Source: Lophium mytilinum
Lineage: Eukaryota
Length of the DNA stretch: 64,000 nt
NCBI GenBank assembly: GCA_010093605.1
Contig: MU004183.1
Location: forward strand, 1,426,001 to 1,490,000
Direction: 5' to 3'
Of the stretch, positions 1 to 11,581 are shown piece after piece (position 1 is the first letter of the stretch; the number at the start of each line of letters is the position of its first letter). The position numbers and the translations under genes are program-made. The notes beneath the pieces are model-generated. The model saw only the letters and a program-made list of their open reading frames with translations. It was not told the origin of the DNA and searched no databases.

Positions 1-1427
1 CTATAGCTGTGGGGCGATGGGTTCACCGGCTGCTCGACCCGAGGGCATAGGCACCATCTCGGGGTCTTTGTGAAGTTTATCGTGGAGGCAGGGATATGCT
101 TCGTGGGCATGATGGCCGAATGTGTCTATATGCGAGTGAATATCAACAAGGTTTGTCACCGATTTGGGCCCCTTGGGCGGAGATGGTTCCTCATTCACTG
201 CTCAAACGCGTGACACTCGCTTCACAGCACTGCCACCTCCTCGCGTTGCGAAACGAGCCCTGCCTTGCTGGTATAGATCCGGGGCTTGTCCTCGTCCAGC
301 ACACCTACTTCATCAATGTGAAAAGCCCGAGCGGGCCTCAGGACGTCTGGCTAAAGCCGAATTCGAAGCGACCTGGCGGCTTGCTCAGGGGCGGTCGAGC
401 GCCGGGAGAGCTGCGAACATGCAACCATCACCCGCGATCATGCAACCGTCACCCGCCGCATGCATGTTGAGTCGCCTCATGGGGCACAGGTCGATGCCGC
501 AGGGTCGATTCGTGGAGAGGACACAGGCACGCTCTCCAGCGAGACCCACGCGAAGGACGAGAGACAACGAGAACGAGCCGACTGCACGATTGGTCCCCTA
601 TCCAATTCTTTGACTAAACACTGCCAACGCTTGCTGGCAAAGGCCGCCGCCGTGCATCGTGTTCCCGTGGCCTCCTCCTTCCGAGTGGACTCCTGGCAGT
701 GGGCTTGAAACACCAGCTTGCCTTGTCGCCGGTGGGCATTTTTAGATACGGCGCTGCTGGCGGTCTCAGACCCCTCGCTAGGATCCTGTCAGGTACCCGC
801 GCACGGCTGATGCTCAGCCAAAGCGTCACATCCATGCGGCGGCATCGCTCAATGGGTAACATCAAGGCCCAAAGCGACGGCGTTGCGAGCAGAACAGGAG
901 AGGTGCGAGGGTCACCCAGGGCGGCACCGACGCGCTGGCCCTGGCAGCGGCAAGCAAAGACCCACGCCGAATGGCCAGTCGTGGCGTCGCGCCAGGATGC
1001 GGCTCGGTGGTGAGACAGAGGGGGCCGCCGCACGTGCCCTCCACACCAAGCCGACTGCGTCTTTCACGCCCGACAGCTACTCGCCGTGCCTAACAATGGA
1101 ACCCCATCGCGCGCGACAACGGCATGGCCAGTCACGCCGTGGGACCTCCGTGCTGTGCGGCCAAGCGAGTGGGGACCTTCACCATGTTTCGCCGCCGCTC
1201 GTTTCAAGAGGGGACGTCTGTATGTATAAGTGTGGCCCTGCCGGTGCTGTAGAACCATCATCTCCTCCATCACCGAGTTGTTTTCCTATTAAAAGCTTTG
1301 CAAGAGTCAGGTTCATTCGCTTGTCTGCTCTTGTTTTCATATTGTTTCTTTTCCACAGTCGCTAAAGCACTGCGTCCTTCGCTCTCTTCCTACTATCGTT
1401 CATTGATACCATCTATTCTCCGCCGCC

Positions 1428-4052
1428 ATGAGGCTCTCTACTTCTACTCTTTTGATCTCTGGCCTGGCTGCCCAGCAGGTCACTGCTACCTGGGACCGCT
1501 ATGCTTCCGTCTTCAAGAACCCCACGAACTGCAACAACGAGTGCACGGACAAACAGAAGTCGGGCTATGGCTGGGGCGATCTCCCCACCGGCAAGTTCGA
1601 TTCTTATGACGACTTCAACTTCAGTGGAGGGTGGACTTGCGCCAACAGCTTCGGCAAGCGTGATGCCCTGACCAAGAGGACCTTCAACAGCAAGTGTGCT
1701 AAGACCTCGGTCTCCAAGACTGCTCCCGCGTCCTTCTCCTGCAGCAAGTCTTCCGGCTTCTCTGTGGACGAGCTGCAAGTGTCCGTCGAATTCAACTGCA
1801 ACCTCGAGTTCCACTACGGTATGGAGGATGGTTCCACCTGTAAGCAGGTGTCGCCCTGCCAAACGGAGGGCACCATCGTCAAGAACACCCAGTGTGGCGG
1901 CGCCAAAACCGTCCAAGTCTACCTCGGCGACCATGGCGAGCAGGGCAAGGACAGCTGCGAGATTGGTCTTCATCACATCGGCTTCAACTGCGACTCTCAC
2001 TCCAGCTCATCCGTTGTCGTTTCTACCCCCACCCCATACAGCACCGGATGCATCCCGGGCTCCTATGGCTGCAGCGTGTCTTCTGTGGTCGTTTCTACCC
2101 CAACGCCCTCCAGCATAGGATGCACCCCTGGTACCCCAGGCTGCGGCGAGTCTTCCGTCGTTGTTTCTAGCCCAACACCAGCTAGCTCTGGATGCGTTCC
2201 GGGTGCTTACGGCTGCGGCGAGTCTTCCGTCGTGGTCTCAACCCCAACTCCATCTGGAGGCGTTCCCTTCACCAGCGTTCCCGAATCGTCTGCAACCGTC
2301 GCTACTGAGTCTATTCCTTCGAGCATCGTTGCGACTACTTCGATCCCATGTGTTCCCGGGACATACGGATGTGGTTCAAGCTCTGCCTCCGTCCCTGGCA
2401 CTCCTGAGTCTTCTGTTCCAGTAGGACCTAGCTCTACCCCTAGCATTCCTGAGTCCAGCAGCTCCTCAGTTGTTGTTGCGACTACATCCGTTCCCTGTGT
2501 CCCGGGAACATACGGATGCGGCTCAAGCTCTTCGGTCCCTGGCACTCCTGAGTCGAGCCCTGCTTCTGTTCCTGGCACTCCCGAGTCCACTCCCGCTTCT
2601 GTTCCTGGCACTCCCGAGTCCACTCCTGTTTCTACTCCTGGCACTCCCGAGTCCACTCCTGTTTCTACTCCTGGCACTCCCGAGTCCACTCCTGTTTCTA
2701 CTCCTGGCACTCCCGAGTCCACTCCTGTTTCTACTCCTGGCACTCCCGAATCCACACCTGCTTCTGTTCCAGGTACTCCTGAATCTACTCCTGTTTCTAC
2801 GCCAGGCACTCCCGAGTCCAGCCCTGCTTCTGTTCCAGGCACTCCAGAGTCTACTCCTGCATCTGTTCCCAGCACCCCCGAGTCTACAGTCGTCGTTGCT
2901 ACCACATCTGTACCCTGTGTTCCCGGCGCGTACGGCTGCCAGGCGAGCACAGCTTCGATTCCAGGCACTCCTGAGTCCAGCGCCGCTTCGGTCCCGGGCA
3001 CTCCTGAGTCCAGCGCCGCTTCGGTCCCGGGCACTCCTGAGTCCAGCGCCGCTTCGGTCCCGGGTACTCCTGAGTCTACTCCCGTCACTATCCCTGCTAC
3101 GGTTCCCGGTGGATACACCAGCGTTCCTGAGTCTTCTGCGACCGGCGCAGTTGAGACTGGGAGCACCCCTGGCCCAGCGCCTTACACTTCTTCTCCCGTC
3201 GTGGTTGAATCCAGCACTGTTCTCTTCCCAGCTTCTTCTTCCTCCCCTTCTTCCGTTCCCTCCAGCAACTGCCCTGGCGTCCTGCCCAAGTGCTTGAACA
3301 CCTGGATCATCACTTCCGAGTGCAAGGACAACACCGACTTCAGCTGCTACTGCAAGAACGCCGGCTTCACCAAGAGCGTCATCGACTGTGTTTCCGCTTG
3401 GGGCGCCGATTCGTCTGAAGTTCAAGCTGCTCTCTCATACCTTGTCGGTATCTGCGCGCCGTTTGTGCCCCAGAACCCCGGTCTTATCACCAACTGCCCA
3501 AGCACCGTCACCCTCGGTCCCACTCCTGCTCAGACCCCGGCATACACCGCCCCTGCTGTCCCTGCTACCACTCTTCTTATCATCACCTCTTTCTCGAGCG
3601 CAGTCGTCCCTGGTGCCTCTACTCTCGCCCCAGTTGCCTCAACTCCTGCCGGCTACACTGCTCCGGTCACGACCATCACCCTCGTCGCTACCCAGACCGT
3701 GACCGTGCCGTGCGTACAGGGCGGAACCACGATCGCCGGCTCCTCCACTACTTCTACGACTGTCACCCAGACCGTCGTCACGGTTCCCCAGGTGGCATTC
3801 ACCACCAACACCAACACTGTCCCTGGCGCCACTGCCACTCAGCCAGTGGTCAACCTTGCACCTGGCACCCCGGCCCCAGTCTACGCCACCGCCACCTCTT
3901 CCTTTGGCACCATCGTCCAGCCCTACCCCACTGGCAACGGCACCATCAGCTCCCCCTCCGTTCCCCAGTTCACCGGCGCTGCGTCTGCTCTCAGCGCCCG
4001 CTCCTTCGCCTCAGTCGCCATCGGCGCTGCCATGGCTCTTTTCGTTTTGTAG
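1428..4052 (+). CDS. Secreted, probably GPI-anchored CFEM-domain adhesin-like cell-surface protein (Mad1-like architecture), 874 aa
   Basis: Single long ORF with an N-terminal signal peptide (MRLSTSTLLISGLAAQQVTA), a Cys-rich N-domain, and Ser/Thr/Pro tandem repeats. CFEM-type Cys pattern (CPGVLPKCLNTW...CKDNTDFSCYC...CVSAW...IC...NC). Hydrophobic C-terminal GPI-like signal (FTGAASALSARSFASVAIGAAMALFVL). Confidence 0.9.
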   Translation: MRLSTSTLLISGLAAQQVTATWDRYASVFKNPTNCNNECTDKQKSGYGWGDLPTGKFDSYDDFNFSGGWTCANSFGKRDALTKRTFNSKCAKTSVSKTAPASFSCSKSSGFSVDELQVSVEFNCNLEFHYGMEDGSTCKQVSPCQTEGTIVKNTQCGGAKTVQVYLGDHGEQGKDSCEIGLHHIGFNCDSHSSSSVVVSTPTPYSTGCIPGSYGCSVSSVVVSTPTPSSIGCTPGTPGCGESSVVVSSPTPASSGCVPGAYGCGESSVVVSTPTPSGGVPFTSVPESSATVATESIPSSIVATTSIPCVPGTYGCGSSSASVPGTPESSVPVGPSSTPSIPESSSSSVVVATTSVPCVPGTYGCGSSSSVPGTPESSPASVPGTPESTPASVPGTPESTPVSTPGTPESTPVSTPGTPESTPVSTPGTPESTPVSTPGTPESTPASVPGTPESTPVSTPGTPESSPASVPGTPESTPASVPSTPESTVVVATTSVPCVPGAYGCQASTASIPGTPESSAASVPGTPESSAASVPGTPESSAASVPGTPESTPVTIPATVPGGYTSVPESSATGAVETGSTPGPAPYTSSPVVVESSTVLFPASSSSPSSVPSSNCPGVLPKCLNTWIITSECKDNTDFSCYCKNAGFTKSVIDCVSAWGADSSEVQAALSYLVGICAPFVPQNPGLITNCPSTVTLGPTPAQTPAYTAPAVPATTLLIITSFSSAVVPGASTLAPVASTPAGYTAPVTTITLVATQTVTVPCVQGGTTIAGSSTTSTTVTQTVVTVPQVAFTTNTNTVPGATATQPVVNLAPGTPAPVYATATSSFGTIVQPYPTGNGTISSPSVPQFTGAASALSARSFASVAIGAAMALFVL
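2538..3082 (+). repeat. Coding minisatellite, 33-nt unit (PGTPESTPVST / PGTPESSAASV), in two blocks within the adhesin
   Basis: Repeated cctggcactcccgagtccactcctgtttctact, several copies identical. Confidence 0.9.
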
Positions 4053-4506
4053 ATGGGGAGAGCATCATCTGTATGCATATAATATAGCATTGTTGCCTTG
4101 CATAATACCCGCGGCTTCATATTTTTCCTTGTTGTTGGGAGATGGGAAAAAGTTAATGTTGTATAACTCGAAGTCGAAACGAAGCATTGGCTGGGCGTTT
4201 TGCTTGTTAAGAGTCGAGGATTTTTGGCTTCATGACTCTCCTTAATTTTCTGTTTTGTGTGTAATATGTAGGATCATGCTCTTGAGCAGATCTCGAATAG
4301 CAATCAAGAGATTGGAAACTGATGTGGCTGCGCTTGATAAGTGAGATGATGTGAATTTGATTGGGAAGCGGTTGAATTCGAGAGGTCGTAGTATCATCTA
4401 AAACTTTGAATAACTGCTCCTCTTCAACAGATACCTCTTGGTCTACTGGTTTGTCCATATCTTTCTGGTCTTTTCCGTCTTTTCTCCCCACCTACATTTC
4501 AGCCCG

Positions 4507-5986
4507 TTACCCAAGTGGCAACCGCGAACGAATTGGCACCGCCGCCTCCTTCCATTCCTTTGGCACTGCTTCCCCAGCAGCAATCTTTACCAGTCTAAAA
4601 GAAACGTTAGTAAAATATCAGATATTGTCAGGTAACTTACTGATTCACAAGCTTGCTACCTGCTTCGTCTGATATGTGATCAATACTAAAAGTTCCAGCC
4701 TTCTTGATTACTTCGTTTGCCATTTTACTGACATAGGGTTTCGACAACTTGAGTACCCAAATCTTCAGTAGCTCACCACCACCTACTCCGGCCATTTCTC
4801 TAAGACCTTCAGCTACCACTGTTGCAATAGTCACTTTCTGAAACCGGTCAAGTGCTGTGGGATCGGCGAGAATCTCGTGCGCAACTTTGTTTTCCAATAT
4901 CATGGCATAAGGCGTTATGACCGCGGAGAAAAGGATAACGCCAATTGGCCCAGTTGCTGCTCCAATGAGGCCAGAGAGTATCGCAGTCGTAGATGAACGT
5001 ATTGCTTTTAGGGCTGCCGCCTTGGCGTGATCCTGTATATTCTGTTAGCACTCAAGCCTCTGCTTTCCCGGGTCAAAAATGATGTTTTACATAATTGTTG
5101 GCATTCAAGTGCAGGGCTGCCACAATCAAGCCGACAAGCGGAACGTCCTCCAGGAATCTGGCGAGAAAGCCGTTTCTTTCAAACAAGCCATCGCTGTTCC
5201 AGGCTGTCAGATTCTTGCTGTTAATTTCGGTTCTCAATGCTCGTACCTTGGCTCCCAAACGAGCATGCCGTCCTTGTTCAACAGCGCGAAAGACAAATTC
5301 ACTTGATTCTTCGGCTCGAACAAACGTCCGTGGGCATTCCTGAGCATGGCGTACATATACAGGTGACCAGCTTTTTTCTCAACACGAAGGCCGCTGACTT
5401 GATATGCGAGACCTGAGCCTCCCACAACAAACTCGCCATCGTCTACGCCAATGTGGTCATTGAGATCGATAGAAGATAGTCTCAATTTCCCGGATTTAGT
5501 GAGGCACAAAGCTGAAAATACTGTGCCCTTGAAATAATGGCAGGAAGCAGACAAGTGGATCGCGGAAGTCCTATCACACGTTCAATTAACTCTAATACTT
5601 TTATCCCACCTTTAAGCTAAGATAGGGGCAACGCCATACCATCTATTGAACTCAAGTTTTTCACCATAAACGGTGAGGAAAGCAGCCAAGTTCAGGCGGC
5701 GTTCAACGAAATTTCCTGGCCATGGTTGATATCTGACGACCAGGATATTCTCTTCAGTTATACGGACTGCAGAGGCTGTCCCCATACTGTACCATCCATT
5801 CCTCCATTCTGACAAGTCGAAGTCCCAGGTCTGTTCGTTCGTTGCAAACGCGCTATGGAAGCCTTCGTATTTCGCTTTTACGGTTCCATCGACAGTTGTA
5901 ATCTCGGCTATCAGGTCACAAGTCCCTACGCTGTGTTTTTCAAGGACCAGCTTTGTAGTTGCGGGAAGTGGCATTCGTAACGCCAT
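4507..5986 (-). CDS. Multi-exon protein: two CVNH (cyanovirin-N homology)-like lectin regions followed by a hydrophobic glycine-zipper-like helical domain; 3' end uncertain (could extend to ~4207)
   Basis: The exon at ~5570-5247 encodes FSALCLTKSGKLRLSSIDLNDHIGVDDGEFVVGGSG...VNLSFALLNKDGMLVW, a CVNH-type pattern. Exon 1 ends ERRLNLAAFLTVYGEKLEF (degenerate copy). Downstream exons read FLEDVPLVGLIVAALHLNANNY|DHAKAAALKAIRSSTTAILSGLIGAATGPIGVILFSAV. GT-AG introns at ~5639-5571, ~5246, ~5090 and ~4640. Confidence 0.65.
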
Positions 5987-7433
5987 GTTGAGCTACTGTT
6001 CGAGAAACGTAAAGCGAAGTGTGATTGATCTGAAGAGTTGATGCAAGGTATGAAATACAGGAGCGGATATGGTGCTCTGCCACAACTTATACCTGTACTT
6101 CTGCGGTTATCTTTCCACCGGAAGGAGCGACTGACAACCGGGTCACTCGACAGTGTGGCAATATGCTAATTGGCCTTGATCTAGAGCTTTATCGAGGTAC
6201 AGTCACCGCTGAGCTGAAAACATGGGTTTCAAACGGCAGTCGATGCTTGTGATATCTGCCGCTGTCATTCGATTCGATCTTTCGGCTAACAGTCGAGTCG
6301 CTCTACATGGCGCTCATATGCGATTCGCCTTGGCCCTCGCTTGTTTCCAGAGCGTTATCGAGATATGTTCACCAATGAGCGGAAAGCGTGGGTGCGGAAC
6401 GGCAGTCTATGCCCGCCATATCTGCCGCTATCACTTCATTGGAATCCCCGGCTAACAGTCGTGTCACTCAACAGTAGGTCAGTATTCTATTTGCCTTCGG
6501 CCTTCGCTTATGCCCAGAGCCTTATCCAGGCACAATACGCTATTTTCATTTGGCCCTCGTTTGTATCCAGAGCCTTGTCAAGGTGTGGTAGTAGCTGAGC
6601 TGAAAGCATGAGCGTCACGGAGTCCGCAAGAAGGGTAGGTCATTTTTGCAACAACTGATCGACTTTGCCCGTGAAAGATGGCAATCGGGGCGGTAACTTC
6701 TTGTCGTGTCCACATCCAGTACCAGGACAGAAGCTTGGGCACGTCGTCCTCTGATCTCTTCTAGTAGCATGATGATGTGCTAAAGCACCACAAACAGCCG
6801 CCAAGTAGGCCGACGGTGAGTGCATGGAAGCTCTCTGATTCAAGCTCTCAAAGATTTTGAGTATTATCGGAAGATTGTTAAGGGGCTGGGGCACCTCATA
6901 CGGTGGCGAGCGAGTGCCCGGACTTCTGTCAAGGCACTGTATCCTTAGCAGGCGATGTCAGGAGATGAAAACTTAAGTTACAGATGTAGAGATTTCGAAT
7001 TTGTTTCGTCAGAGAATGCCAGAGCGAAATAAATGTCTATCTGAAATGCCAATGTTCACGAGATTCAGATTATGTGAGCTAAGCGAGTTATAGTATTGAA
7101 AGTGTTGAAGCTCAAGCAGAAAGGACAGGGGCTATCTACTGAAGATAAACTAGCTAGCATGGGGGCAAAAACAGTAATGACAGTGAGTTTGTAACATTGA
7201 TGGGCGCATCAAAATGCCATGGTTTGAACTTTCCCTTCATGACCCCCCTATCTCTGCTCTTCCTTCAGGAGACAATTTCAAAAGTCGGCCAGGTAGCATT
7301 ATCACGAAACCAGACGCACCAAGATATTGTCGTGCCTCAAAGACTGATGAAATCGCTTTGGGGTCTCTCGGAGTTGTCCGTGGCATCCTAACGGAAAGGT
7401 CAGAGGAAGAGATTTGGAGACCAGAACAGCTCA

Positions 7434-9104
7434 TCAGACCTCCTGTGGTGAAGACTGGTTGACAAACTTGCTCGCGGTGTGGCTGTAGCCGCCAGGAAGA
7501 AGCAAGCTCTTCTTCTTTTTCAAGATTGACTTCTGCTGAGATGGGGTGCCGTTGGGGGGAGCCTCGTTCAGTTTCTTTTGGCCGCCCTTTCCAGCTTTGT
7601 TGCCAACCAGGGATAGGATTTTGGGATTCAGGTTCTTCATCGCCGGTATCGTGTATTTAGGAAGTCCTGGCGCGATATCCGTCACGAACGTTGCAAGCCC
7701 CTCCATGATCCCCTCTTCTTCGAGCACTTCGATGGGAAGCTCCAAAAACGCTTGTAAGGCAGCCTCCCCTGCGATGGCCCTGCGCACAAGATCTCCACCA
7801 ATGCTACCGTTAGGTAGGCTAGTTTTACCGTGGGAAGAAGCTTTGGAGTTTTTGGTTTCGCTGACCATGGTGCTTTCGCCCAGAATATCGTCAATGATGG
7901 GGATCTTGAAAGGCAAACCAAACAATTCTTCGCCGCCCGCATCGCTGTCGACCATAGCGCTTTCGCCCATAACTGTGGTCAGGATTTTGGGGATTTTGGA
8001 GAGGAAATCGAACAGCCCCTCTTCGCCTGGTTCGCCATCGGCCATAGTACTTTCGCCCGTTCTGAGAATGTCGTCAAGGATTGGGATCTTGATCCCAAAT
8101 AATTCTTCGTCGCCGGCCATCTCGCTTTCAGTGCCCCCGGCTGCTGCTTTTTTGGCTGCGTTCCTCTTGTCCAGAACTTCCACTCCCGATCTCAAAATCT
8201 TGCCGCCAAGTACGCGGAGATGCTTCCACGGTATTTTGCTGAAGATGCTCTCCTCATCTCCATCTCCGGCCATACTGCTCTCTGCCTTCTTGTTCCCCGT
8301 CAAAACACCGTTGAGTAGTCTGCCGGCAACATTGATTATGGGCCCAGCCAGAGACCAAAGGAATTCTTCTTGGCCTTCACCGGGTGCAGGTGCATCTTTG
8401 TATGCTTGTATGAAACTATCCATAAGCTTGGTGCTCAATGGACCTGCCGCCGAGGGAATAGCAAGTCGAGAGTTTTTCCAGTAATGGTCATCAAACGAGG
8501 TGCCTTGATGGCAGTTGTGGCCTTTGGGACCAGGCCGCTTCAGCTGATCCAGCACGATTCGGAGAACTGGTTCTATGATCGAGTCCATGACAATGGGAGC
8601 TGCGGCCGCAACCTTGATGCCGATTGTGTCGATGTGGTGCTTCATGGCATCCTCGACCTGCCGATTGTAGGGTGCGTCCAGGTCAAGTCTTTCCACCACT
8701 CGAAATGCGGCTTCCGCAAGAATCGCTCGCTCAAGCGTGCCGGCAGGTGCCACTACTGACAATTGCTTCCCCGCTTGCGCCTCTCGAAGCAGCGCAGATG
8801 CAGCGTTCAAAGTGAAGCCTGCCAGAGCTGCAGCTGGATATCCAATTGGGCCTATGGAAGCTGGAGCAGAAGGGAAATCCAACTTTGCTGGATCGGGAGG
8901 AGAAGCCACGAAGATTGCACCCGACATAACTCGATTGTAAACTGCATCATGGTTGTGTTTTGATTCTTCGGTGTGTCGGGGCAGACTTTTAGGCACATTC
9001 TCTGGTGGAGGTGCAGGTGCAGGTTGCCCATTGCTGGAATCTCCATATTCGACCGTCTTTGTGTGCTTCTCATCGGTGGTGGTTTCCCTTTTGACGCCTG
9101 ACAT
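7434..9104 (-). CDS. Hypothetical 556-aa intracellular protein with tandem Glu-delimited amphipathic peptide repeats (candidate peptide polyprotein)
   Basis: Uninterrupted ATG-to-stop ORF with no signal peptide. Five units of (G/T/A)ES-xM-acidic spacer-EE-amphipathic segment, plus a duplicated helical motif (LERAILAEAAFRVV / LVRRAIAGEAALQAF). Confidence 0.8.
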   Translation of the reverse strand: MSGVKRETTTDEKHTKTVEYGDSSNGQPAPAPPPENVPKSLPRHTEESKHNHDAVYNRVMSGAIFVASPPDPAKLDFPSAPASIGPIGYPAAALAGFTLNAASALLREAQAGKQLSVVAPAGTLERAILAEAAFRVVERLDLDAPYNRQVEDAMKHHIDTIGIKVAAAAPIVMDSIIEPVLRIVLDQLKRPGPKGHNCHQGTSFDDHYWKNSRLAIPSAAGPLSTKLMDSFIQAYKDAPAPGEGQEEFLWSLAGPIINVAGRLLNGVLTGNKKAESSMAGDGDEESIFSKIPWKHLRVLGGKILRSGVEVLDKRNAAKKAAAGGTESEMAGDEELFGIKIPILDDILRTGESTMADGEPGEEGLFDFLSKIPKILTTVMGESAMVDSDAGGEELFGLPFKIPIIDDILGESTMVSETKNSKASSHGKTSLPNGSIGGDLVRRAIAGEAALQAFLELPIEVLEEEGIMEGLATFVTDIAPGLPKYTIPAMKNLNPKILSLVGNKAGKGGQKKLNEAPPNGTPSQQKSILKKKKSLLLPGGYSHTASKFVNQSSPQEV

Positions 9105-11581
9105 ATTGACGTAGTGGAGCTGGAAAGTGTAGTGGTCGAGGTCTTATGAATTGAAGTGCTTGAGGATGGTTACAAGCAAGAAGAATCGTCGACAGGTTGC
9201 TGATATCTTGCTCGAAGCAAGTCTCAAGCTTCGAACAGCCTTTTATACCTTTGCCATCAGAACGCGAGGGCTACAAACGAATGTCGAGCCCTGTACGCGC
9301 TGCGAACACATTCATCTGACCATGGTTGTGGCAACACATTGACCGGCTTGTCGAACCACTGCAAGACATTTCCTAAACTAGCAGCAGACATATTCCCGAG
9401 GACAAATTAACCGATGTGCTGCGCTCTAGATTGTCTCTTGCTGATCACGAAACTAGTTTCCAGCTGAGATGTGAACGACAATCCCAGCTATCTCGTCTTT
9501 CCATGGAAGCAGATTAAGCGATTGAGAGCTGTTGATACGCGTATGCATGACAGTGGAGGTGATTTCAAGGATGTATGGTGCGGAATTCGCTAATGCTGTG
9601 GTCTTTGGGCTTCGATGTAGTTGGAGGATAGCGTATTTCATAGATCCGAGTATACCGCGCGTCATACATGATACAGGCAAGCTGAAGTTGAGGGCCCTGG
9701 TCCACCTGATAGTACTCGTAGCGGAGCCGTGATAGCGTTGCCATTGAACAAGAAGACTGATCGCCATATACTAGACCCAATCCACCAGTTCGGGGGATGC
9801 CCTAGAAAGTTTTGACCGTTTGGCACAAGCGGGCAAGCGCTCAAGGACCCAATTTGGCGTGGAAGCAAGACTGGGGGCCGCGAAACGATAAAATTATCAC
9901 GCAACCTGACTTGAAGTAGATATTGGCTGCTTGATGCATAATCCAATTAAAGAACTGGCCTCACGTTGGGGGAGGATTCTTCTTGGTCATGTCCCCATCG
10001 GGGAAGCTGATCTGCAGCAGGGTAGGTGCCCAAACCAATCAGCACTTGAAGCGAAGGCTGGATGCCATTCTGGTCCGACTGCACCTTGTACCGTCTTACT
10101 ACCTCAGCTGAGAAGCAACAGATGGCTGCATCTCTATACGGCAGTGCAGGGGTCTTGTTTTCGGCGAGAAGTAGAAGCTTTGCACCACGTGCCTACGTGC
10201 ATGGTGGGTAAATTTCGAGCCGAGATCCAGGTAAACAGGCCCTCTCCGGCTGTTCCGTAGCGCAGAACCGAAAAAACCCAAGTAGTTGCAAGTTGGGATT
10301 CGGGTAGTTCCCCCTCTTTGGTGGTTCTGCAGCGCGGGCAGTGGCGAAGCGAATAGGTACGTGACATCTATTGCTGCCCAAGAAGAGATGGGCTTTGTGG
10401 GACCGGAGTGGGATGCAGCTTCTTACCGGATCGTCCTCATTGCAGTGGGTGGGTAGGTGGGACCAAGCCCATCATGACCATCCCATTACGTTCCGTTGCA
10501 GGACGAACCGGGCAAGGCGAGTGTGACGGAAGGAGAATGCGGTCATTGAGCGGCAAAGAAAGCCAGCATCGGACTCCAATCATGACGGCAATCGTCCCAG
10601 AGGGCGGGCGTTCGGCTTTAGAGCCGCATTAGAGGGGCGTTAGAGCCGCATGATAGCTCGCTTAGATTTGTCGGGTGCAAAACAGCGTTCGTCTCTTGGC
10701 AAACGTCCCTGCCACACACACGTTAATTTGTATAAGGAACGTCGGGATCCTACCTAGAGAACTTAATTTTTTTACCGCATCTTAACGCCGCCTAACTTAA
10801 TAATTAGTAAGGCTATTAATACTATTATAGAGGCTATATACTAACTTTTTCTAGTATTATAGTGCCTCTAAAAGCCCCTAATACCCGCATTCCCGCGCAG
10901 TTAACGCGTAGTAAAGCCCGCCACATCTCCTTTAATTAGAAGGCCTCTGCCTCTACTATTAGTACTCTAGATAAGGCTGTTTCTAATTCTCTAGGTATAT
11001 TAACGCCTGCTTCTAGAAAGGCGCTAAAGGCTTTAAAGGCTGCGGCAGCGCCTATAAAGGCGCCTACGCCTATAAAGGCTTCTATAAAAGTGCAGGCGCG
11101 CATAGTAGAGTAGGCCGCCTAATATAGAGAGAAGGCGCGCTTAATAGAAGAAAAAGACCTATTATAAGATAAAGTAGAGGCTTAAGTTACTAGATATCTA
11201 TTAGCTACTACCGCGTGTAAAGCTACAGGTAAGAAGCCTAAAGCTGCAAGAGGCTCTATAAGAGGCTCTATAAGAGGCGGCAGCGCCCTTTTAGATACTA
11301 TAGTAGCTTCTACTAGCTGTAGAAGAGGCTCTACTACTAGTTATAGAAGGGGCTCTACTACTACTAAGTTAGTAGCTAAGCGCCTAGCAGCTCTTAAGAA
11401 AAGGCGCCCTAATATTACTATTAATCCGCCCTAGGGCTAGAGTATTAGTAGCACTTTATATAACTAGTACCCTGGTTTACTTAAGGCTAGATATATATAT
11501 ATTAAGACTCTAAATAAGCGTAAGTATTAAAATATAGAGAATAGAATAGACTCTAATCTATTAAGAAACAGCAATAGTAAG

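Noticed and set aside
1..1400. Numerous short overlapping ORFs
   Set aside because: No recognisable motifs; consistent with GC-rich promoter/intergenic DNA upstream of the adhesin.
2207..3425. Long antisense and alternate-frame ORFs with repeats (319, 275 and 300 aa)
   Set aside because: Shadows of the 33-nt coding minisatellite in the adhesin.
7546..8484. 312-aa plus-strand ORF
   Set aside because: Antisense shadow of the 7434-9104 gene; Ser/Pro-rich with no independent features.
9450..10630. Short ORFs between the peptide-repeat gene and the transposon
   Set aside because: No coherent spliced model or family motif found; possibly a relic but unsupported.
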